Source: Podarcis erhardii
Taxonomy: Eukaryota
Strand: one strand, 5' to 3'
DNA: 64,000 nucleotides
Assembly: GCA_964252035.1 (NCBI GenBank)
Contig: OZ176208.1
The position numbers and the translations under genes were made by a program. Shown here piece by piece: positions 1 to 12,680 of this stretch. The notes under the pieces are model-generated. The model worked only from the letters and a program-made list of their open reading frames with translations, was not told the DNA's origin and did not search any database. Position 1 is the first letter of the stretch, and each line of letters begins with the position of its first letter.

Positions 1-170
1 TGATTGCCAGTTGCTGGGAAATTATATTGGGGAAGAGGGCAGTTGCCCTCATGTCCAAAGGGCTTCTCATGGGCATTTAGTTAGCCACTGTTAGGATCAG
101 GATACTCTTGTTATGTTCTGAAGCCAAACATAGCAGTTTGGCTTTATGGTGGTAAAAATGACCCAGTCTC

Positions 171-404
171 CATGGTGCCTTGGTTCCCGAACGGCTTAAT
201 GATGAACAAATCGGCTCCCGAATGCCACAAACCCAGAAGTAAGTGTTCTGGTTTGTGAACGTTTTTTGGAAGCCAAACATCCGTTTCGGCTGTCGGCATT
301 GTTTCCGGGGCAATCAGCCAATCAGAAGCCGCGCCTTGGTTTTTAAACCTTTGGGAAGCTGAACGGACTTCCAGAATGGATTGAGTTTGAGAACCAAGAT
401 ACCA

Positions 405-407
<3 letters not shown>
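171..407. mobile_element. Tc1/mariner-type MITE, degenerate
   Basis: Imperfect TIRs ca-tggtgccttggttc / gaaccaagataccagtg; same family as 21904-22136. Confidence 0.7.

Positions 408-430
<23 letters not shown>
405..430. repeat. (GT)13 microsatellite
   Basis: Seen directly. Confidence 0.95.
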
Positions 431-436
<6 letters not shown>

Positions 437-1010
437 GTTGATGTGCGTGTGCATGTGCATCAAAGGGAAGACCCTACTAGAGGCTAGTATTTCAAATTAT
501 CCTTAGATTTATGAAAAGATCAAGAGTGCTTTGTAAGCAGAAAGAGCCCGTGTGTGTGCATGTGCACCCACTGAACTTGAAAGAATCCACAGAAATGTTT
601 AATAATGCAGTTGAAGCCCTTACATTTTCTTACTTAAAGGGGGTGGGGAGAAGCAAACTGATGGAGAAATGCGGAAAAACTGTACTTAATATTAAACGAA
701 TGAGAGACCAAAACTGACAGATTCAGCCTAATTCTAATGAAAGCAATGGGACTTGAGTTAATCATGATTAACTTGCTCTGTTGGTTTCAAAGAGATTTAG
801 TTATGGTCATCTTGAGCAAGATTGGGAGTTGACTTAGTCACAGCATTGATCCAAATCCTAAGGCTGTTAGTGATTCCACCACTGATTGAAATTAACGGGA
901 CATAAGTAAGTGGCCATGCAATTTCAATGAGGCTTACACATGACTAAATTCCTCTTGATTTGGGCCATTATCTTTATCTGCAAAGGGGGCATAATAGCCC
1001 CCTACCTCCC

Positions 1011-1216
1011 CTTCTGAGGTAGTCCATTCCACTGTTGAACAGATCTTATTGTCAGAAAGTTCTTCCTAATATTTATCAGAATCGCCTTTCCTGTAATTTG
1101 AATCCATCGGTTTGGGTCCCACCCTCTGCAATAGCAAAAAACAAGTTTGCTCCATTATCCATGTGATAGCCATTTTCAAATATATGAAGAGCTATCATGT
1201 CACCTCTCAGTTTTTC
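1011..1216 (-). mobile_element. CR1 LINE fragment
   Basis: ccactgttgaacagatcttattgtcagaaagttcttcctaat...ctatcatgtcacctctcag resembles the antisense 3' ORF2 region of reptile CR1. Confidence 0.7.
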
Positions 1217-1875
1217 AAGTTCAGCCCCAATAATTCTCACTCAGACCCGTGATATAGAAAGAACCATGAGATTTCAGAGAAATGCTTTATTTGAACTTCT
1301 GTCATTCCAACTGCACTTCAACCACCACGTACAAGCAGTTCATCACATTTGCAACTACTTGTAAATAAGCAGTTCATGAGGTAAACCATAGATTTATCTC
1401 CATCTGACTTTATAATACATTTCATATTATTTCATATAGAATAGATCTGTGTATTAATTAGTTATTACACCACCAGCTGGTTTAGTTTCATATCATGCCT
1501 ATGGCTTTAATCTAAATCTTTTTCAGACATCTGTTTTTAGTTACAAGACAATACTGTGACTATGTGGATTTAAAGTTCAGATGCCGATATTCCTGTACAA
1601 TGGCATGCCATAAAAGCCCAGGATAGAATTGTGGGTGGGTTTGTATTAATAATACAAATGAATGGATGCAGATCCAAACGCAGGGCAGAATGTTACATAT
1701 AACTTCTGCCTTTTGTGTTGTATTGACCAGGAGTTGCATTTTGCTTTTCTATATTTCCAACAAGGGGGCACCAGTCTTTTCTTCTTCTTCACCCCCCCCC
1801 CCATTAATTTTTATTTTTGCTTGCTTGTCCCACCTTTTTTTGGCAGCAAAAGTCTGACAAAAAAAGAGATGTAAG

Positions 1876-2110
1876 TTAATAATAATAATAATAATAAATT
1901 TTATTTATACCCCGCCCTCCCCAGCCAAGGCCGGGCTCAGGGCAGCTAACAAGCAATAATAAAAACAAGTTGAATGAATACAACTTAAAAACAAGATTAA
2001 AATACAACATTAAAACATTAAAAAATGCAGCCTCATCACAGGAGGAGAAAGGAAAAAGAAAGAGGGGGAGGGAATCAAAAATAAAATAAAAACCATCCTC
2101 TGTCCAATTA
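1876..2110 (-). mobile_element. L2-type LINE 3' tail with (TAA)n
   Basis: (taa)n followed by tttatttataccccgccctcccc...cagggcagctaacaa, a typical squamate L2 end. Confidence 0.6.
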
Positions 2111-2355
2111 GTAAAAAACAACAACCCACAATGCAAAAAAGACTTTAAATAATTAAATAGGCCACTGATTACTTGATATTATGAATTGTTTGATAGATCT
2201 GTCTACAGTGAGAAATACATAGAAGTGGTATGATGGACTATAAGGAGTCATATTCATAAAATCATTTAAAGACATTTGCATTCTCCCAGTCCTGAAAGAT
2301 TTGCTTTTGCAACTGATTAACAAGCTGGATTTGTTTCTCTTCTATCCGTACGCAG

Positions 2356-2490
2356 GCTAGTCAGAAGCGAGTTCACTTCACTGTGTCTCGGCAAACCAGG
2401 CAACAGACTCCTGATATCTTGCAGGAGGCTGGATGGGATTACAATGGTAGCCACCAGCTCTTCCCCTCTCTGAGGAACAATCCTAACAAG
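2356..2490 (+). CDS. LNX1: LNX1 internal coding exon (end of PDZ2 and linker), 135 nt, phase 0-0
   Basis: tacgcag|GCT..AAG|gtgagg; ASQKRVHFTVSRQTRQQTPDILQEAGWDYNGSHQLFPSLRNNPNK resembles human LNX1 [27 protein letters not shown]. Confidence 0.93.
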
Positions 2491-5252
2491 GTGAGGCCTA
2501 GTACTCATTCCCCACATTGTGGTTTCTTCTGTGGAGGGGGCGGGGGAAAGAGGGTGTCTGGAACCCTGACTAATGTGTTAATGTTTCTAAGTATCCTCTC
2601 TGGACAGTATCACTGAAATGAGCACATTTTAGCTTTGCTGTGTAAACACAGAAACCTTGATCCTCTTTGTTTATACCCTGGGAAGTGCTGCTGTCTTGTG
2701 AATGGATGGCAGAGAGAGTGCAGGGGGTGAGAAGGAGGAAGTTGAAAGAAAACTAGGGCACAAAAAGTTTTATATGCATGTGTCCCTCGCGTATTCTATT
2801 TGCAACTGTGCTTTCCAGCAAAAACATAATGTACGTTAATAAACAACAACAAAGAGAAGCTTATCTCCACTTTCTCCATCTGGAGGAGAGCGTGAAGGCC
2901 AAAGCCGTTGCTTCAGAGATTCCTACCATCTGGTAAAAGATTAATAGGAGGACTGTCATCCTGTCACTCAATTTTGGGGTTAACTGCTATCAAGAGAGGG
3001 ATGTGAGGGTGGAGTTTCAACATGCTGCCAGTTTCTTGCCTGCCTCGCAGCATCCATAGGAGGCCACTGCTGTGATTTACTAAATCCTCAAATAGGAAGC
3101 ATGAGGGGCTATTTTTAAACAAACTCCTTTTTTCAGTGTGTAACTTATGACTTTGGATGCAGGACAATAAAGTCAGTCCTCATAAGGGAGCAGGGCTTCC
3201 ATTACTCATACCTCAGGTTTGACAAACAGAGGTAAGGATACTTAGCATCCTGAGGGAGAGTTTCGTTTCCTCTCTTTCTCGTTTTCTGTCCATGAACGCC
3301 AGCAGTTTCACTGAAGTCCTACGAGTCCTTTTATACTATATCTTCCTTTATTCAAGCTGCTGCCACAGTGACACAAGCAAGGGGTGGAACTGGCATACTG
3401 GTGGAATTGTGTATTTGTTTATTGTTATAACCCTTCCTGGTACCTTACGGTTAAGGGCAGGTAAGAAAGTTGTGACAATTACACTTAGAATTTAAATAGC
3501 CTAGCCTCGTATTTATTTATTTTTAATCTCTTTTTAGAAATCTGCCAGAACAGTTAAGGGTAAAAGTATAAAATTTACAACTATATAAAAGATCACAGAA
3601 ACTGTAGCTGGGGAAAAGAGCAATAGGCTAGATTAAAATGTCAACTTAAAAATTCAGCACATGAAAGGCTTGGGCAAATGAAATGTCATAACCTGGCACT
3701 GAAATGACATCACATGTTGTCAGCTGACCCTCATTATGGAGCAGGTTCCAAACTCAGGACACCAGAGGACCAAGGAAGTGTTGCTGCCTGCCCCACCAAT
3801 CCCAGTCTGCCCTTTGCCAACCTCCACCTTCTTACTTACAACCAATTTTGGGGGCCGCATAACCTATCAGTCTCCTCTTCCTCAGCCTCAGTGCCGCCCT
3901 TGCAGAACTCAGCAGAGAGGCAGATTGGGACAAAACTAGAATTACCGTAGTTGGCTCTGCCTGTCTTCGGCTATGTCGCCACCTACTGTTGGGCTCCCTG
4001 CCTTCCACCCTACAAGCTCCAATGGATGCCAGCCACCACTGCTCACCAATGAAAGCAGGGAAACCAGAAGAAAGGCATCCGAGGAAGATATTAGTAGCTG
4101 GGCAGTTTCATGTGAAAACATGAAACAAATCCACTGGCTCCCAGTCCATTTCTGAGCACAATTCAAAGAGGTTGCTCTAAAGTTTAAAGGTCTAAACTGC
4201 TTGATAGCCAGATACCATAAGATTGCGAACTTGTACACATAGGAAGGTATTTCTTTGCTATATTTTAGTCCTACTTTTCAGGCAGTTATCGGAGATGATG
4301 ATGATGGTGATGATAATATAGAAGCCTGGTATCACACGTACAAACTTAAGACACACAAGGGAGGTGCAGGGAAAGAGAGTTTTTGGTTCTTCAAGTCATG
4401 ACATGAACATGACATGAACTAAGAGCATTTATATGTAGTTTGAGCCAGGCTGATCTTCTGTTCCTGGTGTTAGCAGACTGGCAGAGCAATGAGGCCAGTG
4501 TGGCCTTTTCCTTGCTTCTGCAGTTCCAGAGTAACTGGAGTATTGAGCTGAGTGTTGTTGTTTTCTGCCTGGGGAGGAAAGCCCCCTGCAGCTGCTGCTC
4601 CTCTGTTGGAAGAGGTCAGGTTTGTCTCTATTTGGTCCTTCTACCACCAGTGACTCTTTGAAAAAGGGACTTCTCAGTTGTGGTATGCCATCTGTAGACC
4701 TTCCTTGTCCCCATCGTTTTCCTTTTTGGTTCCCCCAAAGTGAACACCTTTTTATTTCCCTACACCTTTTAGGCATCTGTTTTAAGGCAGCTTTCTGCTA
4801 GAATTTCATCTGCTTTGCTGCTTCTTTGTTTTATTTGATTATAATCTCCTGTAAGCTGCTCTGAGAGCCTCACTGGTGAAAGAGCAGAGGGACAAGTCTT
4901 CTAATTAAGTAGAATACCAGCTCTGTCGCATTTGTCATTGCACACTGCCTCTTCAGGTGAAGACAGTGTTCTTTGGACCCTAGGAACCGGGGGAGGACTG
5001 AGATCATTCAAATAAAATACCCTTTCAGCAAGTTTTGTTGCTCTCTTTGCTCCATGTGTCAGCAACGTCAACTTAGTGACCACACAATGACAAGCTGATA
5101 GGCTGTGCTTGCCTCCTTTTTGACCTCTTCAATAGAGGTCACCATTTCAGAAGGCTGCTTTGGGGAACGTTACTCTTGTTTGCCTTGTTTTTGAGTTCGC
5201 TAGAAAGGAAAGCCACATGCAGTGGACTTCATTCCTGCTCCCTTTCCCTATA

Positions 5253-5464
5253 TAGTGGTACCTCGGGTTAAGAACTTAATTCGTTCCGGAGGTCCGTTCT
5301 TAACCTGAAACTGTTCGTAACCTGAGATACCACTTTAGCTAATGGGACCTCCCGCTGCCGCTGTGCCACTGCAGCACAATTTTTGTTCTCATCCTGAAGC
5401 AAAGCTCTTAAATCGAGGTACTATTTCTGGTAACCAGAAGTGTCTGTAACCCTAGGTACCACTG
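5253..5464. mobile_element. Tc1/mariner (Tigger-like) MITE
   Basis: TIRs (c/t)agtggtacct..aggtaccactg flanked by TA on both sides; same family as 36843-37082. Confidence 0.85.
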
Positions 5465-5588
5465 TAATTCGTGAGAACACCCCTTGTCCTCTGTGCGTCA
5501 GCTCTTTTGTGCTATTACCTTGTGACTTCCTTGGTTTTTCACCTTTCTGTAGCAAAAGGAAGCTGACATTTTTATTGGTCTAAAACAG

Positions 5589-5590
<2 letters not shown>

Positions 5591-5630
<40 letters not shown>
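5591..5630. repeat. (TA)20 microsatellite
   Basis: Seen directly. Confidence 0.97.
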
Positions 5631-5634
<4 letters not shown>

Positions 5635-5799
5635 CATCCAAGGTGAAGCTGAGCCAAAACAAAGCCAAGCAGCTTCTTGAGCAAAGGAGTGGGCTGACAT
5701 GAAAGATAACTTATTTGAACACATTATGTTGGAGTCAGCTTGTTTCACAAGATCTGGAAGCCAATGGTTCCCCGTCCCTGCTGTTGGGACAACACTCTA

Positions 5800-6146
5800 G
5801 CTTTCCAAACTCTGTGTCGCGACACATTAGTGTGTCAGCTGCAGTGTGTAGGTGTGTCGCGTGAATGCTCCCTGCGCTCCTCCTGAGGTTGGAAAGGGGT
5901 TAGTTCGGTGATGGCCAAACTTGGCCCTCCAGCTGTTTGGGGACTACAACTCCCATCATCCCTAGCTAACAGGACCAGTTGTCAGGGATGATGGGAATTG
6001 TAGTCCCAAAACAGCTGGAGGGCCAGGTTTGGCCATCACTGGGTTAGTTCAACCTCCGGTTTGCTAGTAAAATTGAATTACTGTGTTGGAGAAGTGATGC
6101 ACATCTAAAAAGTGTGTCACCAACATAGAAAGTTTGGAAAGCTCTG
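5800..6146. mobile_element. hAT-like MITE (outer element of a nest)
   Basis: TIR ctttccaaact / agtttggaaagctctg; ctctag on both flanks. Confidence 0.7.
5906..6041. mobile_element. hAT MITE (inner element), near-palindromic
   Basis: 15-bp TIR c(a/g)gtgatggccaaac; perfect 8-bp TSD ggttagtt at 5898-5905 and 6042-6049. Confidence 0.9.
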
Positions 6147-6599
6147 CTCTAGTAGATGAACCAATGGTCTGACCCAGCAAGAGGAAGGATCCTGCATGCC
6201 CAGTGTGAGAAGGATGTTGAATTTCAGGAGAGAGGGGGAGTGAGAGAAGGGTGAGAGAGAGCCAGGTTTGTCAAATTGAAAAAACCAACAACCGTTTCTG
6301 AGATTTCAGAATTATTAATTTAATGTCATACCATTGTTTACCTTGCTGTCCGAGGCTGGGCTACAACAATCTAAAACACAATATTAAATTGATTTTTTAA
6401 GTTTCTTTTGGAATCTGGAAGATAATATCTGATCTCTCCCATTTCCACATTTGTCCTCCTGGATCCTTGTAAGTGTATCATTTCAGATTCTTTTTAAAAA
6501 ATAAATTATTTATGATTTTCAGGTTTATACATTTCAACAATTCATTTCAGATTCTCCAGGATTCCTGCAGGTTGTCCAGTGTCAACACTGGATCTGGTT

Positions 6600-6945
6600 T
6601 GTGTTTTTTTTTAATTATTGAAAGTTTAAAAGTACATAATTATACGTGCACTAAACATGGTGAGACGTAAATAAAAGAGAGATAGAGAAAAAGAGAAACA
6701 GCACTTGTGTAGAAGGGAAAGTAAAAGGGGGAGGAGGGGAGAACTCCAAACTCTATACTTCACAAAGTTGTTATTGTAATTTACCAGATCTTAACCTATT
6801 ACAGTATTTGTAAGAATGGATTCCCTATATATCATTGAATTTGTCCATGGCAAGTCTGCATTTATATGCAAGTTATTCATATGTTGCAAGTTGTATAAGT
6901 CTTCAATCCAATCGCAGAAGGGAGCCATTAGATTTTACTAGTCAG
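6600..6945 (-). mobile_element. L1/Tx1 LINE 3' fragment
   Basis: Decayed ORF2 C-terminus WIEDLYNL..YE*LAYKCRLAMDKFNDI*, then a UTR and an A-rich tail. Confidence 0.6.
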
Positions 6946-8289
6946 TCTTTCAAGTTTCGGTGGGCATGTGGTTGTGGGTGTTGCTGCCCAAAACACTGCT
7001 ACCCTAAAGTGGGCCCATCAGGGTGTTGGTATCTGGCTTTTGGAACCTGCAAGGGAGACAGTCTCATGTCTGTAGCACATTCTTCCCAGTTCGTCATTGG
7101 CTGCAGTTCCAAATTAGCTGATCCTGAAATAAATTAAACTTTGCTTCTTAACATCATTTACTTTCTGTTGCTCTAAGAAAGCGTAAGCCTTTGCCCTTAA
7201 AGGCAACCTTAAAATATATATTTTTAAAAATTAAACAAATAAAATCTGATCTCCTCTGATGTGTCCTGTTTGCAGCTGAAATTGCTCAAGGGAATCACTG
7301 TGTGGGGGGGGGGGAGAGTGGTTTTCTTTACACAGTCAGAGCTTAAAGTTGCTATATTGCAAGTTGTTTTCTGCCTGAGGAGCTAAATTTAGCATCTATG
7401 TATATTAACTATCCTCATCCTCACCCAAAATGTAATTATAAACTGATTTTGTTGAGTTTTGGAGAGCCTTCAGGCTTCTAGCTCAAAATGCCACCACACT
7501 CACGCTTCAATCTAGTTACTTTATTTCGATATTTTGATTGGGGGGGGGGGAGAGATTGCACAGTCAAATTTCACCACCTCCAAATTGGATTTTATTGTAT
7601 ATTCTGCCGACACACTTAAAACATTCTACTCTCTCTAGGATAATTTGATTTTAAAAACCCCACCCCCCCTCATTTCTTTTTTCTTCGAGAGCTGACTCTC
7701 CGCTTCGACATTTCCAAGGACACAGATGTAAATGTGGGCTTGATATTGCTTTCAAGTTTCTAATATCCAGTGCCAAGAATAAACTCCAACCTTCAACATC
7801 ATTTGTTATTATAAAAGGGCTCAGCCATCCCTTTTGGCAAAGAAAACCATGACATCCTGCCTGCCTCCATGTGGAAATAGGCTGGCTCTGAAGCCAGTGC
7901 CAATTGTAAACACTGAGTTGTCCAGCACCAAGCTTTGGGGAAGTTGTGAGGCACTATTAAGAAATGAAGCATCGGACATCATTAGCAGCAATTTGGAGTG
8001 TATTTTGCCTGTTGAGAATGATCATACACTTTTATGTTACGGAGGGGGAGCAGGCAAGAAGATGTGATACTCCTTGTCCTCATATAGTAAGAAGAGCAAC
8101 CCTAAGAATTATCTAGCACTATGTTTTTATGCTTTCCAAACTAATTCCATCAGTCTTTTCTTAAAGCTGTTTCCTAATATCAGCTATACGTTTCCCTTCT
8201 GCAATTTAAACCAATTGCCACATCTCCTTTTATCTAAAGCTATTCTGTTCCAGATTTTCTTTGTGGCATTCTTTTCCTTTCTTCTTCTT

Positions 8290-8655
8290 CTTTTTTGAGA
8301 TTGTTGACATGTACCAATAATCTTTTCCAAAGACTAAAAATATGCACTGGCCTTTTAACCTTTCTCTAGTTAACCCTTTGCCAATCCTTTTGATAGATAT
8401 TACAGCCAGAGCCACATTATACGTGGCACTTTACAGAATAGCTGTTTGTGTTTGGCCAGTCCCAAGGAGCTTAATAGATAAATTAGGTGGGATACAAAGA
8501 AGCAATGAATTTGAAAGGAGGAGAAAAATATGGACTCCCCATGTATTAATCTCTAAAGGTGGAATCGCCTTTTGTACACCCAAAATAAAATATAAAACTC
8601 AAAGATTATATCCCCAATCCAAAGAAAGTTGCACACATCTCCAAAGGTAAAAACA
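8290..8655 (-). mobile_element. Possible L1-like LINE fragment
   Basis: Decayed ORF2-like text next to an A/AG-rich tail; weak recognition. Confidence 0.35.
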
Positions 8656-10514
8656 GACCCCGGGAGACGAGCAAAAATCACCCCAGAAATCTGTCTCCAG
8701 TTATCTGCGTAAGGTCATGAATTTAGACAAGAGCCTGGAGCTGAGTCATAGGAGAAAGGGGAACTGTATGGAGTATATGTTGTATGTGTGTGTGTGTCAA
8801 CACACTGCCACTGTCAAGGCGAGATCAAACATGGGAGAAACATCCTATCCTTCTTGCACCACAGCACAAAGGCATGCAGTTTTTTCGCCCTTCCTTCTTG
8901 CCTCCAAAGGCTTCGAGTACTTTTGGCACATTAATGTGGCTATTGCAGTAAAGTGATGTTTTGGATGTGTGTGTGCGTGCGCTGATATAGCTCCTTGCCA
9001 AGGGTACAAGGGACCCTATGTGTGCCTCTGTATTTGTCACATTGGTTTTACTGGGTTTTGGCAATGACCAGCTTTCTCTGCATTGGGAATTCTGGAATTC
9101 TCCAGTCTTAAGGATTCAGGACATTCTAGCAGTCCAGGGTCCCAGGCACAGCTGTGAGGGAGAAGTCTGTCTGAATTGGTTAGGTGCTTCCCCCTCAACC
9201 CCTTATCCCATTTGAGTGAGTAGCACAGCTCGATGGGAAAATAAAGCTTCCTCAACATTTACTTTAACGAAATTGGATCTGGCATGGGAGCTTGGTGAGA
9301 TCACAACAAGACCCAATGCAGCAAGAACTGTGGGGTGGTTTAGGGCTCAGCCACACTTCTGCAGGCCCCGTGTTTTCTAGATTTGGGTCTGAGAGGCTTT
9401 TCGTTTGCCCTTCTGCTTTCTCCGGGAAAACCCACTGTTTACTGCTGATTCATAACAAATGTCAATTAGGTTTTCTGCAGATTTATGTTTGTAAACAGCA
9501 GGTTTTCTGGGGGAAAGCGGGAAACGAAAAACCTGTTGAAGAAGCTGAAGTGTGGACAAGCCCTTAGCTTTGGATTCACTTCCAGGCCAAGAATTTTTGT
9601 TGCCTGAAGTGGAGTCCAAATGATAGCCCACCTACCTCCTGGCTGCACTACTGCCAACAGTTTAAAAAGTCTTTCTGTACTATTCCGTTATCAGTTTCTG
9701 CCTTATGATACTGTTGAGGAAGGTTGCTTCGCCTCTTTATGCTTGGCAGGCTTGGCCTTACTGGAATTTGTCAGTTAATAGCCTGAACAGCCTCTCACTC
9801 CCTCACCCCAGGCTGGCCTACAGTTATGTCCCTGGCGAAATGCAAGTTGAATTGTGTTTTCTTTGAGATTAGTTGGAGCTTGTACATAAAGTCAAACCAG
9901 GGTTTAAAATACCACCTACTATTCTTAGTAGGCTGAAATGGCTGTGTTTTGCTTATAAATACATTATCTTCCAGCCTTCAAAGACTTTGCCCTTTACACT
10001 GAGGGACATAAAACCCTGTAGCTGAAGGATCAGCTTCAGCCTTCAGGTAATTAAAATGGTACATCCAGCTGTGGCCATTGCCTGTGAGACAACCGCCAGG
10101 ACACCGAGTGAGAGATAATCTGCTGTAAATATTTATCTTACAGTAAATATTAAAAACCAGGCAAGCTGTTGTGCTCCCCTTGTCAGAGGGGCGCCCAAGG
10201 TAATGTCAAAATCACGAAGAGAAAGCACTTGTTTAGGAAAGAACACGCTGAACACTGCCATTGCTAAACATTGCCTTTCGACTGGCTGAGTTGGTTATTG
10301 GTAAGAAAGCCAAAGTTTGGTGTGGTGTTTATTAAAATAAAACCTTTCCTTTCCTTTCATCCTTATCTCCCCTGCTGTCCTACTTTTCCTCAGCCGAGAC
10401 TCCACAAGTTGCTTTATGTTTACAGTAAGTCATGTTGAAAAAAAAGCTTTGGAAAAACTCGTGGCAGAATTTTCATCACGACAAAATGCAGTAGGTGACA
10501 ACTTGATTTCTGAT

Positions 10515-10882
10515 CTGGGGTAGACAAATCTATCCATTTCAGTTTCCCTGAGTTTCTCACATTTCCAGGTTTAGGTTCAGTTTATCACATTTCCATATCA
10601 GTTGGTGATCTTTCTTAAAGTCCTAATGTACTCATTTTTGTACACAATTTTGCCTGATTTACATATTTTGCAAACATTTACCCCTAAACACACTTGTATG
10701 GCATTTTAACTAATTATGATTTTTTGCGCACATTATTTGGTGGGAGAACTGCATTGAAAAATTTGGAGAAGTGTACGTCTTGAAGGCTAGCTGTGTTTTG
10801 GTTCACATATTGTTTCAGAAAGTATGAATTAGGTAGGTTTCCATTAAAATGTGAACAAAACCAAATTTAGCTCCCATTCCTA
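10515..10882. mobile_element. Non-autonomous DNA-transposon-like interspersed repeat
   Basis: Resembles a common lacertid repeat (ctcacatttcc...aatgtgaacaaaaccaaatttagctcccattccta); recognised from memory. Confidence 0.4.
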
Positions 10883-12289
10883 TTCTGGACATCACCTTTA
10901 ACCTTAATTGGGTTTACATAATTTTATTTCATAGAACAGTGTGTAAACAGCCTGCAATAGCTGCAACATTAGTGATGTGTGAGTCAGAGGAAGCATATAA
11001 TTTTCATACTTTGGGTACAAAGTGAGAAGCAGCCCTGACTTATGAAAAAGGTATTTCCTCTCAAAAATGAATACTTGCCAGTGAGGAGAATTTCTGATCA
11101 CAAGACTGGAAATGAGATTCTTTTCAGATGAACTGATTTATGAAAACAGAACACTTTATTTAAATTTTTAAAACAAGAGATGTACTCAAGATATGATCCA
11201 GTTGGATGCCCTTTGAGGTATATGCAAAATTCATTTACAAGTAAGCTGCTCTTTTGTCAAATAGAGGCACATCCCACTGCTTACATTTTCATATACGCTT
11301 TAAGCCGTGAGATGCCACTGAATTGCAGTCCAGGAAAAGTGCAATTTTGCAGTTCTGCCTGGGATTGATCTAGGGGACACACCAGCATCCATCAGGACAC
11401 AAGACAATTCTAGAGGCTTTGCTAGATGCATCAGAGTTTGGCACTGTCACAGTGAAGTTCCTGAAGGAACTCCTAGAATTATTCCTGGAACCTAGCTATC
11501 TTGAATCTGCAAAGGATCTTGGAGTACATTTCAGAATTTAAGGAGGTCCTAGATTGCCAAAAACAGATCTTATATATTAGCTTTTCCCAACCAGATTTTG
11601 TGTTATAAGCCTCATCAGTCCCAGCCAACATGGCCAGTGGTCAAGGATCATGGGAGTTGTAGTCAACATCTAGAGGGCACCAGGTTGGAGGAGGCTTTTC
11701 TAGAGTTGCCATACATCTGGAATTTCCTGGATATAGCCAGAATAAAGCAGTGTATGGGCAGAAATCACCAAAACTTCACTATTCTGCCAATTTCAAGTGG
11801 AGCCAATCTGTCCAATAATGCAGGAACTCACATGTACAGGTGATCAGAGGAACCAATAACACACCTGGAAACCTGCCACCAGGCATTCTTTACATGTTCA
11901 TCCTTAAGACATGTGCTTCCCAGAGTTTCTATAGAAAAAAACACTCTGCAGAATGGCTGTATACAAATATAATTTGCAACCATTTTTTGTATCTCATAGT
12001 GGTATGAAAAGATACTGTCAGGTAAACAACTGCTGAATGTGCGCCTCTGCGCATTCACAGGGAATGTTCTTCTCACAATCTTGTTCATGTGGAGAAATTT
12101 AATCTCAAACATTAAAGGAAAAGTGGGTCAGATGTCCAGTGTTATGGCTTAACCATTACTTCCTTGCAAGTTAGAGTGTTTCATTTTTTAAAAAAGAAAA
12201 TGCTTTGGATCAAACAATGCATCAGTCGACTTATGTATACCTCTACTGATGAAGGCAGCGCTGCTTCTGAATATCAGTTGTTGGAAACT

Positions 12290-12400
12290 GAGGAGAGAGT
12301 ACCATTGTGCTGAGAGTTTCCCCACAGGCATCTCGTTGGTGACCTTGAGAACACGATGCTGGACTAGATGGACCATTGACTCTGATCATAAAGGCCATCA
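12290..12400 (+). mobile_element. CR1-family 3' tail remnant
   Basis: gatgctggactagatggaccattgactctgatc motif. Confidence 0.55.
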
Positions 12401-12499
12401 GATTATGGTGAACCATGTTATGAAGTAGCTGATCACGATCATACCATCCAAAAGCTTTGTCCATGTCCTCTGCTCATGTTTGCCCTTTGTGCCCCACAG

Positions 12500-12680
12500 A
12501 CTGGCCTCCATGCGGTCACCTGTCATGAAAAGGTGGTGGTCGTCCGGAAAAACAACGCAGAGTCTCTGGGGATGACTGTGTCGGGTGGTGCCTTCTCCCA
12601 CAGGGAATGGGATTTGCCTATCTATGTTATAAGTGTTGAACCAGGCGGAGTCATCAGCAGAGATGGCAGGATCAAAACAG
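12500..12680 (+). CDS. LNX1: LNX1 exon, first half of PDZ3, 181 nt, phase 0-1
   Basis: ccccacag|ACT..ACAG|gtgaga; [60 protein letters not shown]. Confidence 0.96.

Noticed and set aside
1876-2136. Hydrophobic ORF resembling a membrane protein (also 8074-8298, 34023-34403)
   Set aside because: Translations of T-rich LINE tails and low-complexity DNA
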